This document shows positions 26,363 to 38,348 of a stretch of 64,000 nt of DNA, in pieces. Positions within the stretch are counted from its first letter, which is position 1, and each line of letters begins with the position of its first letter. The position numbers and the translations under genes are program-made. The notes beneath the pieces were generated by a model. It did not search any database and was not told the DNA's origin. It saw only the letters and a list, made by a program, of their open reading frames with translations. The DNA is from Octopus sinensis (Eukaryota), in NCBI RefSeq assembly GCF_006345805.1, contig NC_043014.1, positions 26,226,001-26,290,000 on the forward strand, read 5' to 3'.

Positions 26363-26375
26363 ATATCTATCTATA

Positions 26376-26458
<83 letters not shown>

Positions 26459-26468
26459 TATATATATA
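26265..26468. repeat. Compound (CT)n(CTAT)n(TA)n microsatellite
   Basis: Visible directly in the sequence. Confidence 0.95.
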
Positions 26469-26886
26469 CTCTTTTACTTGTTTCAGTCATTTGACTTGGC
26501 CATGCTGGAGCACCAACTTTCGTTGAACAAATCGACCCCAGGACTTATTCTTTATAAGCCTAGTACTTATTCTATCGGCTCTTTTGCCGAACCGCTAAGT
26601 TTCGGGGACGTAAACACACCACCATCGGTTGTCAAGCGATGTTGGGGGGACAAACAAAGAAACAAGCATATACACACACATACACACACACACATACACA
26701 CATATATATATGTACATATATATGACGGGCTTCTTTCTGTTTCCGTCTACCAAATCCACTCACAAGGCGTTGGTCGGCCCGAAGCTATAGTAGAAGACAC
26801 TTGCCCAAGGTGTTACGCAGTGGGTCTGAACCCGGAACTATCTGGTTGGTAAGCAAGCTACTTACCACACAGTCACTCCTACGCCT
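26469..26886 (-). mobile_element. SINE family A, full length
   Basis: Head AGGCGTAGGAGTGACTGTGTGG..GGTTCAGACCC, internal (TG)n and tail CAAGTAAAAGAG. Confidence 0.85.
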
Positions 26887-26988
26887 ATATATATATATGT
26901 ATGTATGTAAATATATATTCAAGTCGGTGCTCCAGCATACCGCAATCAAACGACTGAAAAAACAACAGAATAGAATCATAAAAGAATA

Positions 26989-27147
26989 AGGCGTAGGAGT
27001 AGCTGTGTGGGTAAGTAGCTTGCTTACCAGCCACATGGTTCCGGGTTCAGTCCCACAACGTGGAACCTTGGGCAAGTGTCTTCTACTATAGCTTCGGGTC
27101 GCCCAAAGCCTTGTGAGCAGCTATGGTAGACGGAAACAGAAAGAAGC

Positions 27148-27229
<82 letters not shown>

Positions 27230-27413
27230 CTGTGTTTGTTCCCCAATCAGTGCTTGTTTACGTCGTTGTCATCTAGTGGTTCGGCAAAATGACACCGATA
27301 AAATAAGTACTACGCTCACAAAGAATAAGTCCTGGGGTCGATTTGTTCGACTAAAGGCGGAGCTCCAGCATGGCCACAGTCAAATGACTGGAACACGTAA
27401 AAGAATAAAAGAA
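26989..27413 (+). mobile_element. SINE family A, full length, preceded by a 3' tail fragment (26921-26988)
   Basis: Same consensus as the adjacent minus-strand copy. Confidence 0.85.
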
Positions 27414-27414
27414 C

Positions 27415-27446
<32 letters not shown>

Positions 27447-27559
27447 CTTATATACATACGTACATACATACATACAAACATACATACATACATACATACA
27501 TACATACATACATACATACGTACATACATACATACATACACATGGTGCGGTGAAGAAAT

Positions 27560-27662
27560 CGTCGATAAATCAAGTACCAGTTACGCACTGGTACTTGATC
27601 CGTTTGTCTGTCCTTGTTTGTCCCCTCTGTGTTTAGCCCCTTGTGGGTAGTAAAGAAATAGA
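27560..27662 (+). mobile_element. SINE family B 3' fragment
   Basis: GTACCAGTTACGCACTGG..GTCCCCTCTGTGTTTAGCCCCTTGTGGG..AAAGAAATA, shared with 31921-32151. Confidence 0.7.
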
Positions 27663-27664
27663 AA

Positions 27665-28430
27665 TAGATAAATTTACCAAAATTTACATAAAATATCTTG
27701 AAATACTTAAGAGTAAATTTATTCAATAAAATCGCCATTGCTTTCAACCACGACCTCCAAACGATTTCTGAATCTCCTGCAACTCTTCTTAATGGTCTCT
27801 TCATTTAAGTTGGTGAATGTTGTCATAATCCTTGCCTTCAGATCATCTTTGGTGTTAAAAGGAATTTTGTTGGTCTCTCGCTCAACTGCGACCCACACAT
27901 AATAATCAAGGGGGCTGGAGTCTGAAGTGTAAGGTGGCCGCAGAAATTGTCTGACCGCCATGACTGGGTTCTCCTGCTTGTGTGCAGAGTCTTGTTGCCA
28001 GAGTCTTGTGTGCAGAGTCTCGTTGCCAGACATAGGTCTTCCAGCAGCCAACCTCTGGTCCCAGGGCAGCACTATCTCTTCTAGGCACTTGATATAGGCC
28101 TCCGTGTTGAATATGAAGCCGTTTGGAAAGATGAATGGAGGCATAACGTCGCCATCACTAGTGATTACTCCAAACACCATGATGTTGACTGGATGTACTT
28201 TCAGTACATGTCCTCAGATTGCATTGTCCTTGGATTGACATTCTAACAATTTCAAATTTTCATATTGGAGCTTCCGGTGCGAATGCCAAACAGTACAGCA
28301 TGTCGTTTTCAAATTTCTGACAAAGTGAATTGCGTCTTGGTGGAGTTTTTCTAACAGACGGTACCCAACTGATCCTATTATACTGTTATACAATTATACT
28401 GTTATACTGTTATACTGTGTAGGCGACAAA
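27665..28430 (-). mobile_element. Internally deleted Tc1/mariner element (maT/DD37D-like by motif similarity)
   Basis: MVFGVITSDGDVMPPFIFP..WQQDSA..SPLDYYVW..CRRFRNRLEVVVESNGDFIE. Frameshifted, so the catalytic spacing cannot be counted. TIR boundaries are uncertain. Confidence 0.75.
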
Positions 28431-28516
28431 ATCAACAATAAATCACACACACACACAAACACACACATATATATATATATATGTATATGTATATATCTAT
28501 ATGTTATATATATATA

Positions 28517-28601
<85 letters not shown>

Positions 28602-28889
28602 ATATATATCAATAATAAAAGGGTAAAACTAATTAATTATTAATTAATTTTACCAAGTACTGTTCAGTATGTAAAAAGACCATTTACGGTATGTTTAAAA
28701 CATTACGTTATATAATTAGGGTTCAGTAAAATAATTTACTTTACCACACCGAACTTTTAGAAATGGCAGCCAAAAAATCTTAGCTATTTCTTCTACTATA
28801 AGAAAAATCTCCCAGACAATGCATACTCAAAAATAACTCACACAGGTATAGAGGAGAAAATAACGAAAGATCATACGTACATAAGATTA

Positions 28890-28953
28890 CTTGAGAACAG
28901 CCGTTTCTGGATTAGTTGAATATAAAGATCAACATTTCCTTCGTCAGCTCAAA
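28890..28953 (-). ncRNA. Type I hammerhead ribozyme HHR-2 (variant: A10.1-A11.1, GUU site)
   Basis: UUUGAG-CUGACGA-A-GGA..GUUGA..UCAAC..UCC-A-GAAA-CGGCUG-UU/CUCAAG. Stem I has 6 bp and stem III ACGGCUGU is near-palindromic. Predicted cleavage between 28896 and 28895. Confidence 0.72.
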
Positions 28954-29356
28954 GATTTCTTTTGATTTGGATTTGAGAGCACTAAAAATCGAATATACCC
29001 TTCTGATATGAGTAATCCCAGACAAACCATCTTCGACCGCTAGTACTAACGAATTCAAAAAGTACAAATGAGGCTTTGCATTCTTCCCCTTCCTCCCACG
29101 TGAGTTACAGAGCAACACATTCCTACAGAGAGAACTGTAGATTAATATCAGGGAGAGGGAATTATATTATCAATAATAAAAGGGTAAAACTAATTAATTA
29201 TTAATTAATTTTACCAAGTAGTGTTCAGTTTGTAAAAAGACCATTTACGCTATTTTTAAAACATTACGTTATATAATTAGGGTTCAGTAAAATAATTTAC
29301 TTTACCACACACCGAACTTTTAGAAATAGCAGCCAACAAATACGTACATAAGATTA

Positions 29357-29420
29357 CCTGAGAACGGCCGTTTCTGGATTAGTTGAATATAAAGATCAAC
29401 ATTTCCTTCGTCAGCTGAAA
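29357..29420 (-). ncRNA. Type I hammerhead ribozyme HHR-3 (second copy of HHR-2; stem I mismatch)
   Basis: Core identical to HHR-2. Stem III ACGGCCGU is a perfect palindrome and stem I has a C-C mismatch. Predicted cleavage between 29363 and 29362. Confidence 0.65.
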
Positions 29421-29635
29421 GATTTCTTTTGGCCGTTCTCAAGTAATCTTATGTACGTATGATCTTTCGTTATTTTCCCCTCTATACCTGTGTGAGTTAT
29501 TTTTGAGTATGCATTGTCTGGGAGATTTTTCTTATAGTAGAAGAAATAGCTAAGATTTTTTGGCTGCTATTTCTAAAAGTTCGGTGTGTGGTAAAGTAAA
29601 TTATTTTACTGAACCCTAATTATATAACGTATTTG

Positions 29636-29674
<39 letters not shown>

Positions 29675-29743
29675 GAAATTTGCAATGATTCACCAAACTG
29701 AAAAACTATAATCGGTTCTAAATATAAAATATAAAACAAGAAT

Positions 29744-29828
29744 TAATCGCAGACCGGCGATTTCGCCTATTAACGAATAAATCACTTACGTAATCCCTTC
29801 GTCCGTGTGGCTCGTCAGTACGATCGTT
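29744..29828 (-). ncRNA. Type I hammerhead ribozyme HHR-4 (canonical core, extended stem II with GUAA tetraloop)
   Basis: GAUCGUA-CUGACGA-GCC..GACGAA-G-GGAUUAC-GUAA-GUGAUUU-A-UUCGUU..GGC-GAAA-UCGCCG-GUC/UGCGAUU. Stem I has 7 bp. Predicted cleavage between 29752 and 29751. Confidence 0.82.
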
Positions 29829-29942
29829 CCACAAGCAATATAGTTTGTAAAACTAACCACCAGTTTTCTGTGTAAAAACAGACACGTGCTTAGTTCCACA
29901 GAAAACTGGTGGTTAGTTTTACAAATTATATTGCTTGTGGAA

Positions 29943-30010
29943 CGATCGTACTGACAAGCCCTACGGACGAAGGGATTACGTTAATAGGCGAAACCGCCGT
30001 TCTGCGATTG
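29943..30010 (+). ncRNA. Degenerate hammerhead HHR-5 (mirror copy of HHR-4)
   Basis: CUGACAA (G8A), GCC..GGC, GAAA-CCGCCG-UUC/UGCGAUUG, and a 15-nt deletion in stem II. Probably inactive. Confidence 0.65.
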
Positions 30011-30175
30011 ATTCTTGTTTTTTATATAATTTTCATGTCTTGCCCGCATATTGTTCTGATGACCGCTGAATATTTCTCTAGAGAACATTCTTTTCTTTGT
30101 AGTTTGATCGTAGGTGATCTACTTCTAGCATATGGCTGACCACATAGTAGCTCTTAGATCTTTAAATATACACAC

Positions 30176-30211
<36 letters not shown>

Positions 30212-30239
30212 TTTATTTTAAGCAGCAGAAAATACATAA

Positions 30240-30651
30240 TCTTTTACTTGTTTCAGTCATTTGACTGTGGCCATGCTGGAGCACCGCCTTCAGTCGAGCA
30301 AATCGACCTCAGGGCTTAGTCTTTGTAAGCTTAGTACTTTTTCTACATTTCGCTTTTTGCCGAACCGCTAAGTTACGGGGACGTAAACACACCACCATCG
30401 GTTGTCAAGCGATGTTGGGGTACAAACACTCACACAAACACACACACACACACACACACACACATACGTATATATATACATATATACGACGAGCTTCTTT
30501 CAGTTTCTGTCTACCAAATCCACTCACAAGGCTTTGGTCGCCCCGAGGCTATAGTAGAAGACGCTTGCCTAAGATGCAACCGGAGTGGGACTGAACCCGG
30601 AACCATGTGGTTGGTAAGCAAGCTAATTACCGCACAGCCATTCCTGCGCCT
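30240..30651 (-). mobile_element. SINE family A, full length
   Basis: Colinear with the other family A copies. Confidence 0.85.
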
Positions 30652-30662
30652 ATATATATATA

Positions 30663-31739
30663 TCAATAATATAAATTGTACATGGCCAAGCGTTGTATTC
30701 TTTCTTGTCTTGAAGTTCACAGCCAAACGGCTCGGTGGATTCGCGTGAAAATGGCACACATGTGGAGATAGATGCATAGATTGGAATGCAGTTTGCATAT
30801 TTTTTCCTAGCCACCATAGTTACCAAGAAAATCGATTAAAACTTTTCTAATGAAATCCCTCTGCCAACATACATAACCTCTCTCTCCTCTATTACTCATT
30901 CACACATTCTCTCACTACAACAAGTGAATAATAACATTTCAGTTAACTCTCTCGCCCATATTGCACACCCCATCAAACACACACACATACACACGCTCTC
31001 TCTCTCATACACACATACACACACATGCTCTCTCTCTCTCATATACACACATGCATATGCTCTCTCTCTCCCTCTCCCTCACACACACACACACGCACGC
31101 ACATCAATTCTTCCACTTCACGCCAACTTCAAAGGAACTGCACTCATACTATTTGTCTCTTTCACTTTCACGACAATTTCAAAAGATCCCCTTTCTACCC
31201 CTCCAGAGATAAATACAAACCACCTCGTGCTGACTGCAAAAATCCCGCCAAATTAGCCAGAAACACACACACACACATATCCATTTCATATATCTTCTTT
31301 CAAATTCTGCTCTCTCATTACTCAGATGTCCAATACAATAGCTCTCACCTACATTTTCTTCTCTAAAAAGGTACGTGTCTATTTTTTCTATAAGCGTATA
31401 ACAATGACTTCTTCCATACTTCTCCACTTTACTTTTATCTTCACTTTTCTTAAATTGGATATGTCTGCTATTAAGTTGCAATACAGTTAAAAATCACTTT
31501 TGCTTTACTTCTTACATACAATTTCCCCGTAAATTCTTACAGCTTCATTTTTTCGTGATGATTGAAATATCAAACATTTTCTATTAAAGCAATTCTTAAA
31601 ACATCAACTTCTTAATGCCACTTCTGTTTTTTCCTAGCTCCCATACTTACCGAGAAAATCGATTAAAACTTTTTCCCCTCTTTCTTCCCCCATTAAAACA
31701 ACCAGTTGCTCACACAGCCGTCATATACCATTCCGCTAG
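30663..31739 (+). mobile_element. Probable degenerate non-autonomous Helitron
   Basis: 5' TC..ATATAAA, an ACGGCTCGGTGGATT..GAAAATGGCAC motif, an internal direct repeat (about 30803 and 31631) and a 3' ..CCGCTAG|T end. The 3' hairpin is poor. Confidence 0.45.
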
Positions 31740-31920
31740 TAACAAGGGTACTACAGGATGACAGCTAGCCAAAACTTTCTCTATGCTGTCTCTCTTCTTT
31801 CACCTCTTTGTGGGGTTATCTTCATCTTTAGTTACAGTTTCTCATTCAAACATCATAATATGCAGAATTGTCGGATTAATACAGTAGAGTGTTTTGAGGG
31901 AGATTTGGCTGCTATTTCTT

Positions 31921-32151
31921 ATTTCTTTATTGCCCACAAGGGGCTAAACACAGAGGGGACAAATAAGGACAGACAAAGAGATTAAGTCGATTACATCGAC
32001 CCCAGTACGTAACTGGTACTTAATTTATCGACCCCAAAAGATGAAAAGCAAAGTCGACCTAGACGGAATTTGAACTCGGAACGTAACGGCAGACGAAATA
32101 CCGCTAAGCATTTCGCCCGGCGTGCTAACGTTTCTGCCAGGTCACCGCCTT
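31921..32151 (-). mobile_element. SINE family B, full length
   Basis: Head AAGGCGGTGACCTGGCAGAAACGTTAGCACGCCGGGCG..GAGTTCAAATTCC (B-box-like). Shared with 45379-45577 and 61780-61990. Confidence 0.8.
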
Positions 32152-32462
32152 CTTGGCTGCTATTTCTACCAGGGCTACCTACCATGTAGACGTCTGAACT
32201 TCATTTTCATTCACAGAGTTGCATTTCAAAAACTTCGCATAATCTTTTCCATAAATCAACTATCACATTTTCTATGTATATGTGTGTACATTAAAAGATG
32301 TGATTAGACAGATCTCCAATAGAATAGTTCTCAGAAACAGACGACGTACAAATTCTTTCTTCACAACCCCTGAAGCTGTTTTCTGCGAAGATATTTTCAC
32401 TTCACTCAATCTATCTCTCTTTCTCACCCACTTTCTCTCTCACATGCACACGCGCAAGCACG

Positions 32463-32512
<50 letters not shown>

Positions 32513-32913
32513 ACACACACACACATATACACACAGACGACCATTTCACATATCTTCTTTCAATTTCAGCCATCTGCAAATAAAATTTTTATGGATACAA
32601 CTGCTTACAACAATAGGGATTAATGTATAATTTCTTTCTATGTTCATAATTAAATAAATGTTTTAATGATTAGACAGAGGTCCAATACAATATCTCTCAG
32701 AAACAGACTATGTACAAATTCTTTCTTCACAACTCATGAAGCTGTTTTCTGACGGGGCGGGGGGAGAAATTTTCATACAGCTGGAGGCTCCAATCGAAAA
32801 GGGGACCCGAAATGATAAGGTTGAGAAACGCTGTTATAGATTATGCCTAACCGAAAACGATCACAGCCACATCATCAAAACAACAGACCGGGTGAAACCG
32901 GGCTTAACTGCTA

Positions 32914-32944
<31 letters not shown>

Positions 32945-34429
32945 ATATACACTCACTTATACGTATCATTTCTCTCCCACTCTCACATTCTCCCTGTCAC
33001 TTTTCATAACTTATCTGCTCACCTATCAGATTTCACCCTTTATCTCTTTACAATTCATGCCTCATTCACTATCATAGTATCTCACCTATATATGTATTTG
33101 TATGGGCGTTTTTGTACACCCATATATCTACACAAATATATCTCTAAAGGTGGGTGGATTACTTATTGTATGCGTGTGTGTTTCTGTGTGAGTATGTTTG
33201 TGTGTAAATATTTATTTATGTATGTATATACACACACGCTATACACTCACATATATGCATGCATAGAAACATATACAAATACATATATGTACACATACAT
33301 GTATGCGGATATAGGAGTTAATGCTTATGGCTATATAACAGATATAACATAAACATCAACGACACGCTGGGTAATTTCCAGAATGGTTGGATAAACGGAA
33401 TTTTTGGACAATTTAGACGAAGCATAATCAGTGGAAGTTTATGTAAACAAACATTACGTGAGGTATTTCACAACCTCCTTATATTTGCTGTATTTAAAGT
33501 AAACTTATGTAGCGAATTTGTAGAAGCATTACAGCATTGGAAAAAAAGCTTTGCAGTAGTTGGTCCGGCTCTCTACGCTTTAAATTCAAACTAAGGTGAA
33601 CTTTGCTTTCGCCTTTTGGAGGGTCCATAAAATAAAATATCTGTCCAAGGTGATTGATTGGCAATATTGTTAGATCGGTTGAGATATTATGAGATATCTG
33701 TTACGGTTCTTTGCATCTTGTGAAAGATTTAAACTAATGCCAGGTTAACATCACTACACACAATTCTTGGAACACTTTTGAAAGATTCGAGATACGTCAA
33801 CCGCAAGCGGATAACTTCCTTTCTTCCTCTCACCAGTCCTGGTTTCCTTGAAAAGAAAAGTGGGGAGTTTGGGCGTTGCCCTTCTTTGAGTAGACAGTAG
33901 GGAAAAAAAGAGTTTAGCTGTGAAAGAATACGCGGGGTGTCAGCCCGTTCTCGTCTGTTAGTGCGTGTTCTTGATAGATTGTTAATTAATTCGAAAATTA
34001 TACCAGACTTTCTACTAATCACTTGACCCGTAAGAGATAATAGCCTAATCTCACTCAGATTCTACCAAACAGTCTTTGTAAAAAATAAACAAATAAATAT
34101 ATAATGAATGGAATTCAATAATGCATTCCTGAATCTATTCAATGACTGAAAAGAAAGATACGCTGTTCTCCTAGGTGGAACGTCTTTGATCTTCAATCTA
34201 CTGATGATGAGACAGGATTAAGTAGTTATCATTTAGTAATACTTCCTGGAGAGAGAGAGTGAGGGAGATAGAGTGAGGGAGGGAGAGAGAAAGAGATAGA
34301 GAGAGACGGAGAGAGAAAGAGAGAGAAGCGGGAGAGAGAGAATTTCTTTATTCACCATAAGGTTGAGAAAAAGAGGACAGACAAAACAAACGTTGGGGTC
34401 AGGGTATCGAATGAGACGAAACGTATGAA

Positions 34430-35810
34430 TAAACAAACGATTAAAATATATACAATTAAATGAGAATGAGTGATTTACAAAAAATGAAGTGGAGGATGCG
34501 GTTGACCCCACAAACCACATACTCACACTGAAGACTTTGCTTTCTCCTGTTTTATATTCTCGTTTAAACAGGTTCTTTCACTCGCAACATACTTGCTATA
34601 TACTTCCATCTTTTACGAAACACACTTTGCGACAGGCATTTCTTCTCCAGCCTTATTTTCCGTTTCATGTGGAAAACGAAAAAGTCGATTAGCTCGAAAC
34701 TGGAGATAAACATGCCTGTTGCAATTCCTTTCACTCTCGTCTTCCATACTACTTCTTTCGCCACAGCAACTACCGAGAGAAAACAGGCTCGCTCCTCCCT
34801 ATTCAGGGAGGTCGGCGGAACTATCTTAATTACAGATTCGCTCGACAGTTGTACTCTTCTCGAATGCGACAGCAGGTGTTCGACATAAGCCCAGAGTTCA
34901 GTCACCTTGGGGCATTGCACAATCGCGTGCAGGACAGTTTCACTGTCCCTCTCGCATCTTGCACAAACCAGCGAAGGTGCACACCCATGTCTAAAGAGCT
35001 TATCTCGAACCGGTAAAGCTCCTCTGCAACATTGCCAGGCCAGGGACTTTTGGTAATTATCCATAGGCCCCGGACCGAATGTTCTTTGGAACAGGCTGGC
35101 CAGTTGATCTTCGTCGAAGCCTAGGATTTCTCCCAGGACGTCGTCACACTTAGACTCTACTAACCCTCTATAGAAGAACGAGGTTGTATCCCCGCCACCG
35201 GCGTTGCCCGACTGGGAGAGAAGCACGAGTGCCTGATGGCACTCTACATGTCACACACCCAACCTCGGTCTACACTTGATCCATGGGTTCAGTTTGGTAA
35301 ACCATCTGAACTGTGGAAATAACAGCTTGACGAACGGAGACCACACCTGCTCACCGTCCAGGTAAAGCCAGAGATGCCTAAGCCTGAGCGCATGTCTGCG
35401 CGTTTTTAGCCACGGCATCACTAACCCACCCTTCAGCGGCTTTTGGCAGCAGATAGAGCGCCTTACAAGAGGTCTGCTTCCCCTCCACAAAAAGCGAAAG
35501 AGCATGCGTTCCAGCTTGTTCAGCCATGAATCGGGGCAAGGCACGACGGTCAGGCGGTAAGTGATTACAGAGGCGATAAACACCTCTGCAACCTCCGCCC
35601 TCCCTTTCAAGGACAGCTTCCTCTCAGACCAGGTCTGAGTTAGGAGAGCCACCTTTCCCGTCATCTCGCTCCAATTCTTCTCTATCTGGAGATCTGGACC
35701 TAACCAGATTCCAAGCATTTTCACCGGCCCTTCCGTCCAACGTCCTACGACGCCGTCGGAAGACATCGACTTGTCCCTCCAGGTGCCGAGTTGCAAGCAT
35801 TCTCTATGGT
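34430..35810 (-). mobile_element. Tx1/L1-clade LINE 3' fragment (RT C-terminus and zf-RVT)
   Basis: PVKMLGIWLG..WSERKLSLKGRAEV..LVMPWL and LAWQCCRGALPVRDKL..CARCERDSETVLHAIVQCP. Confidence 0.85.
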
Positions 35811-36023
35811 CACTCTACCTGCTAGAAATAGCGACCAAAGTTAGATCAAATCACTGACTAATGCTGTTAAATAGAGAACACATTCAATAATGATGTTCTA
35901 GATAGATATAATCTGGAATAATGACGAAATTAGATATTAGATTTGTCCTATTAGAAGAGTCGATACAAGGCTAAACAACAGCAAAACATAATTAGGGGAA
36001 AATGTTTTTCCTCACCTTGGATT

Positions 36024-36058
<35 letters not shown>

Positions 36059-36369
36059 GAATGGACTAAACAGAATAGTAGGAAACATGTGGATGGAAGA
36101 GTTGCTGAAAAGATCAGAGATGTGTAACGAAAGATTTCCAGACAATGGACATAAGATAAAATAAGAACAATAATAAATGAGTGAAGAACGAATATATAGT
36201 GCGTGTGTTTATTTGGCAAGCAAAAATTGACCATCCTAAAATATAACAATATCTGTTTCAACATACAGTTTCATATCAGGAATTTCGCAAAACAAATTCA
36301 TTATATATGTATATTAGTTAAAGCTCCACAGATATACCCACACCTTCATTAGTTCTCCTTTAAAAGTTA

Positions 36370-37440
36370 GCATTTAGTAAATGAGGGTGTTAGATGCTGT
36401 TACCCTAATTCCCACTTCTTGCAGTAACATTAGCTCGGCTGGGACTCTTGACAGTAGAAGATCCTGTTCAGTTTTGAAGACATCTGCATGCATACCATGT
36501 AAGTCTCTCAGCTCATTAGAGAGAACATTGAAGAGGTGTGGAATCATAAGCTATTACAGTATCTGGTCTTGTATTTTGATGGCAGGGAAGTGATTTTAGT
36601 CATCATGCAATCAATAGCATTTGTATAACTTTCAACGACAAAGTTTGGGACAAGCCCTTCCAAGATCTTCCAGATATTTTATATTGCAGCATATCATTCC
36701 TTTCTTCGTTCCTAGGTGCAAAGTCTTTAGCTCTTGAATCTTCCCCAGTGGCTAATTTGCTGCATTGAGACTATCTTCATGTAGTTTCGCTGGACTGCTT
36801 CGGGTTCTATCAATTCCACAGTGTGGTGACCATAGTCGGGAGCAATATTCAAGACAGCTTAGGACAAAAGTTCGCCAGGGGACCATCACGGTTTCCTGCT
36901 CTCTTGTTCTGAAAGGTGTAAGATTTCATCAGGTAAGCCACCTGCATTTCATTGCTGACTTTATCACTACTCAGGTCACCACCGATTGTATTTCTGGAAC
37001 TGCAAACCCTCCACGTTTTCCTTGTAATTAACTTTGTCTGCTGATAGCGTAGGGCTAGAAACTTTCCAGTATTAAACTGCATGTTATTGTCGTCAGCCCG
37101 TTTGCATATTGCATTTAACTCTTGTTGCAGGTGCATGCCACCATCTGACTTTTTTATTATCAGTGAAACTTTTGTATCATCTGCATAGCTTGTGAGGGTG
37201 GCTCTCTTTGTGGATGAGGGCATATCTGAGAGGACCACTATGAACAATAATGGCCCCAAGACAGGTCCCTGTCACTATTTGTGTTTCCTTGGAGATGGCT
37301 ATATTCATCACTATTGTCGGAATTCTATAATAAAAAGTCGTGTAGCTATTCTCCTAAATTTTTCAACTAAGCCGAGGTCATGCAGCTTGTGATAAATTAT
37401 TACATGATCGACTAGTCATAGTGTTGTAAAAGCTGTGTCT
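36370..37440 (-). mobile_element. CR1/L2-group LINE 3' fragment (RT)
   Basis: GPLLFIVVLSDMP..SYADDTKV..LQQELNAI..NNMQFNTGKF. Confidence 0.8.
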
Positions 37441-37602
37441 GGCAGTCATATGTACGTATGTATACATGTATGTATATGTACATATGTGTATATACTTACA
37501 TATACATATATATGTATGTGAATTAAGAGGATTCCACCAACATCCTAGTATTGTCATACCACTCTTGTATTTTTATTATTCCGTCTCTTCTTCTCATGCT
37601 CC

Positions 37603-37752
37603 CTCTTCTTCTTCTTCTTCTTCTTCTTCTTCTTCTTCTTCTTCTTCTTCTTCTTCTTCTTCTTCTTCTTCTTTTTTCTTCTTCTTTTCTTCTTCTTCTT
37701 CTTCTTCTTCTCCTCCTCCACCTCCTTCTTCTTCTTCCTTTTCTTCTTCTTC
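37603..37752. repeat. (CTT)n microsatellite
   Basis: Visible directly in the sequence. Confidence 0.95.
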
Positions 37753-38109
37753 ATCGCCGCCTCCTTCCTCAGCTACTAGTGCTGCTCAAACAATTAAAGC
37801 CAAGAACTCATATAAAATATTCTTTTAGGACTACTACTACCTACTACCTGCTAACAAGCCTTCACACGAGTAAGAGAGAGAGAGAAAGAGAGAGAGATAG
37901 AGAGTGAGAGAAACAGAAAAAAGGAAAATGTCCCTTGTATTTGAAAAGTTATGGAAATATTTATAAAAAATACATTTCCTTTAATTTTTCTACAATTTTA
38001 TTGTTTTTCATACTTTATTCTATATTGAAAAAGTCGCAATAACTAAAACCGGTACTAAAATGTTCTTCATGATAAAATTATTTTAGCATTTTCTATCTTG
38101 TCTTATTTT

Positions 38110-38151
<42 letters not shown>

Positions 38152-38303
38152 ATTGGTGAATTGAAGAAATGGAGCTGAACGCAGATTGAACAGAAATCGT
38201 TTTATTTCATTCTACACGTGTTTACTGCTGTGATTTTTGCTACTAAGGTATCGGTTAAACTGTTGATTAATCTACTACAAGATTATTCATCTTTCTATTT
38301 CAC

Positions 38304-38348
<45 letters not shown>

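Larger units (their letters stand above)
28610..29631 (-). mobile_element. Non-coding hammerhead-bearing array (561-bp unit, partial second direct copy, inverted third copy); Penelope pLTR- or retrozyme-like
   Basis: Unit starts at 28610 and 29171. 29431-29631 is the reverse complement of about 28704-28902. TTTGTTATATATAT is duplicated at 28596-28609 and 29632-29645. Confidence 0.8.
29722..30032. repeat. Palindromic element (arms about 29722-29872 and 29897-30032, 24-nt spacer) with a hammerhead in each arm
   Basis: The arms are reverse complements apart from a few substitutions and a 15-nt deletion in the right arm. Confidence 0.88.

Noticed and set aside
28190-28220. CUGAGGA..GAAA on - in the maT-like element
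   Set aside because: Stem II cannot form. The bases make a plain AUGUACU/AGUACAU hairpin.
30056-30090. CUGAUGA near the palindrome TTCTCTAGAGAA
   Set aside because: No GAAA, and the palindrome has the wrong register for A15.1-U16.1.
37040-37096. CUGACGA..GAAA on -
   Set aside because: It falls in the CR1 RT reading frame (ADDNNMQFNTGKF) and lacks stems I and III.
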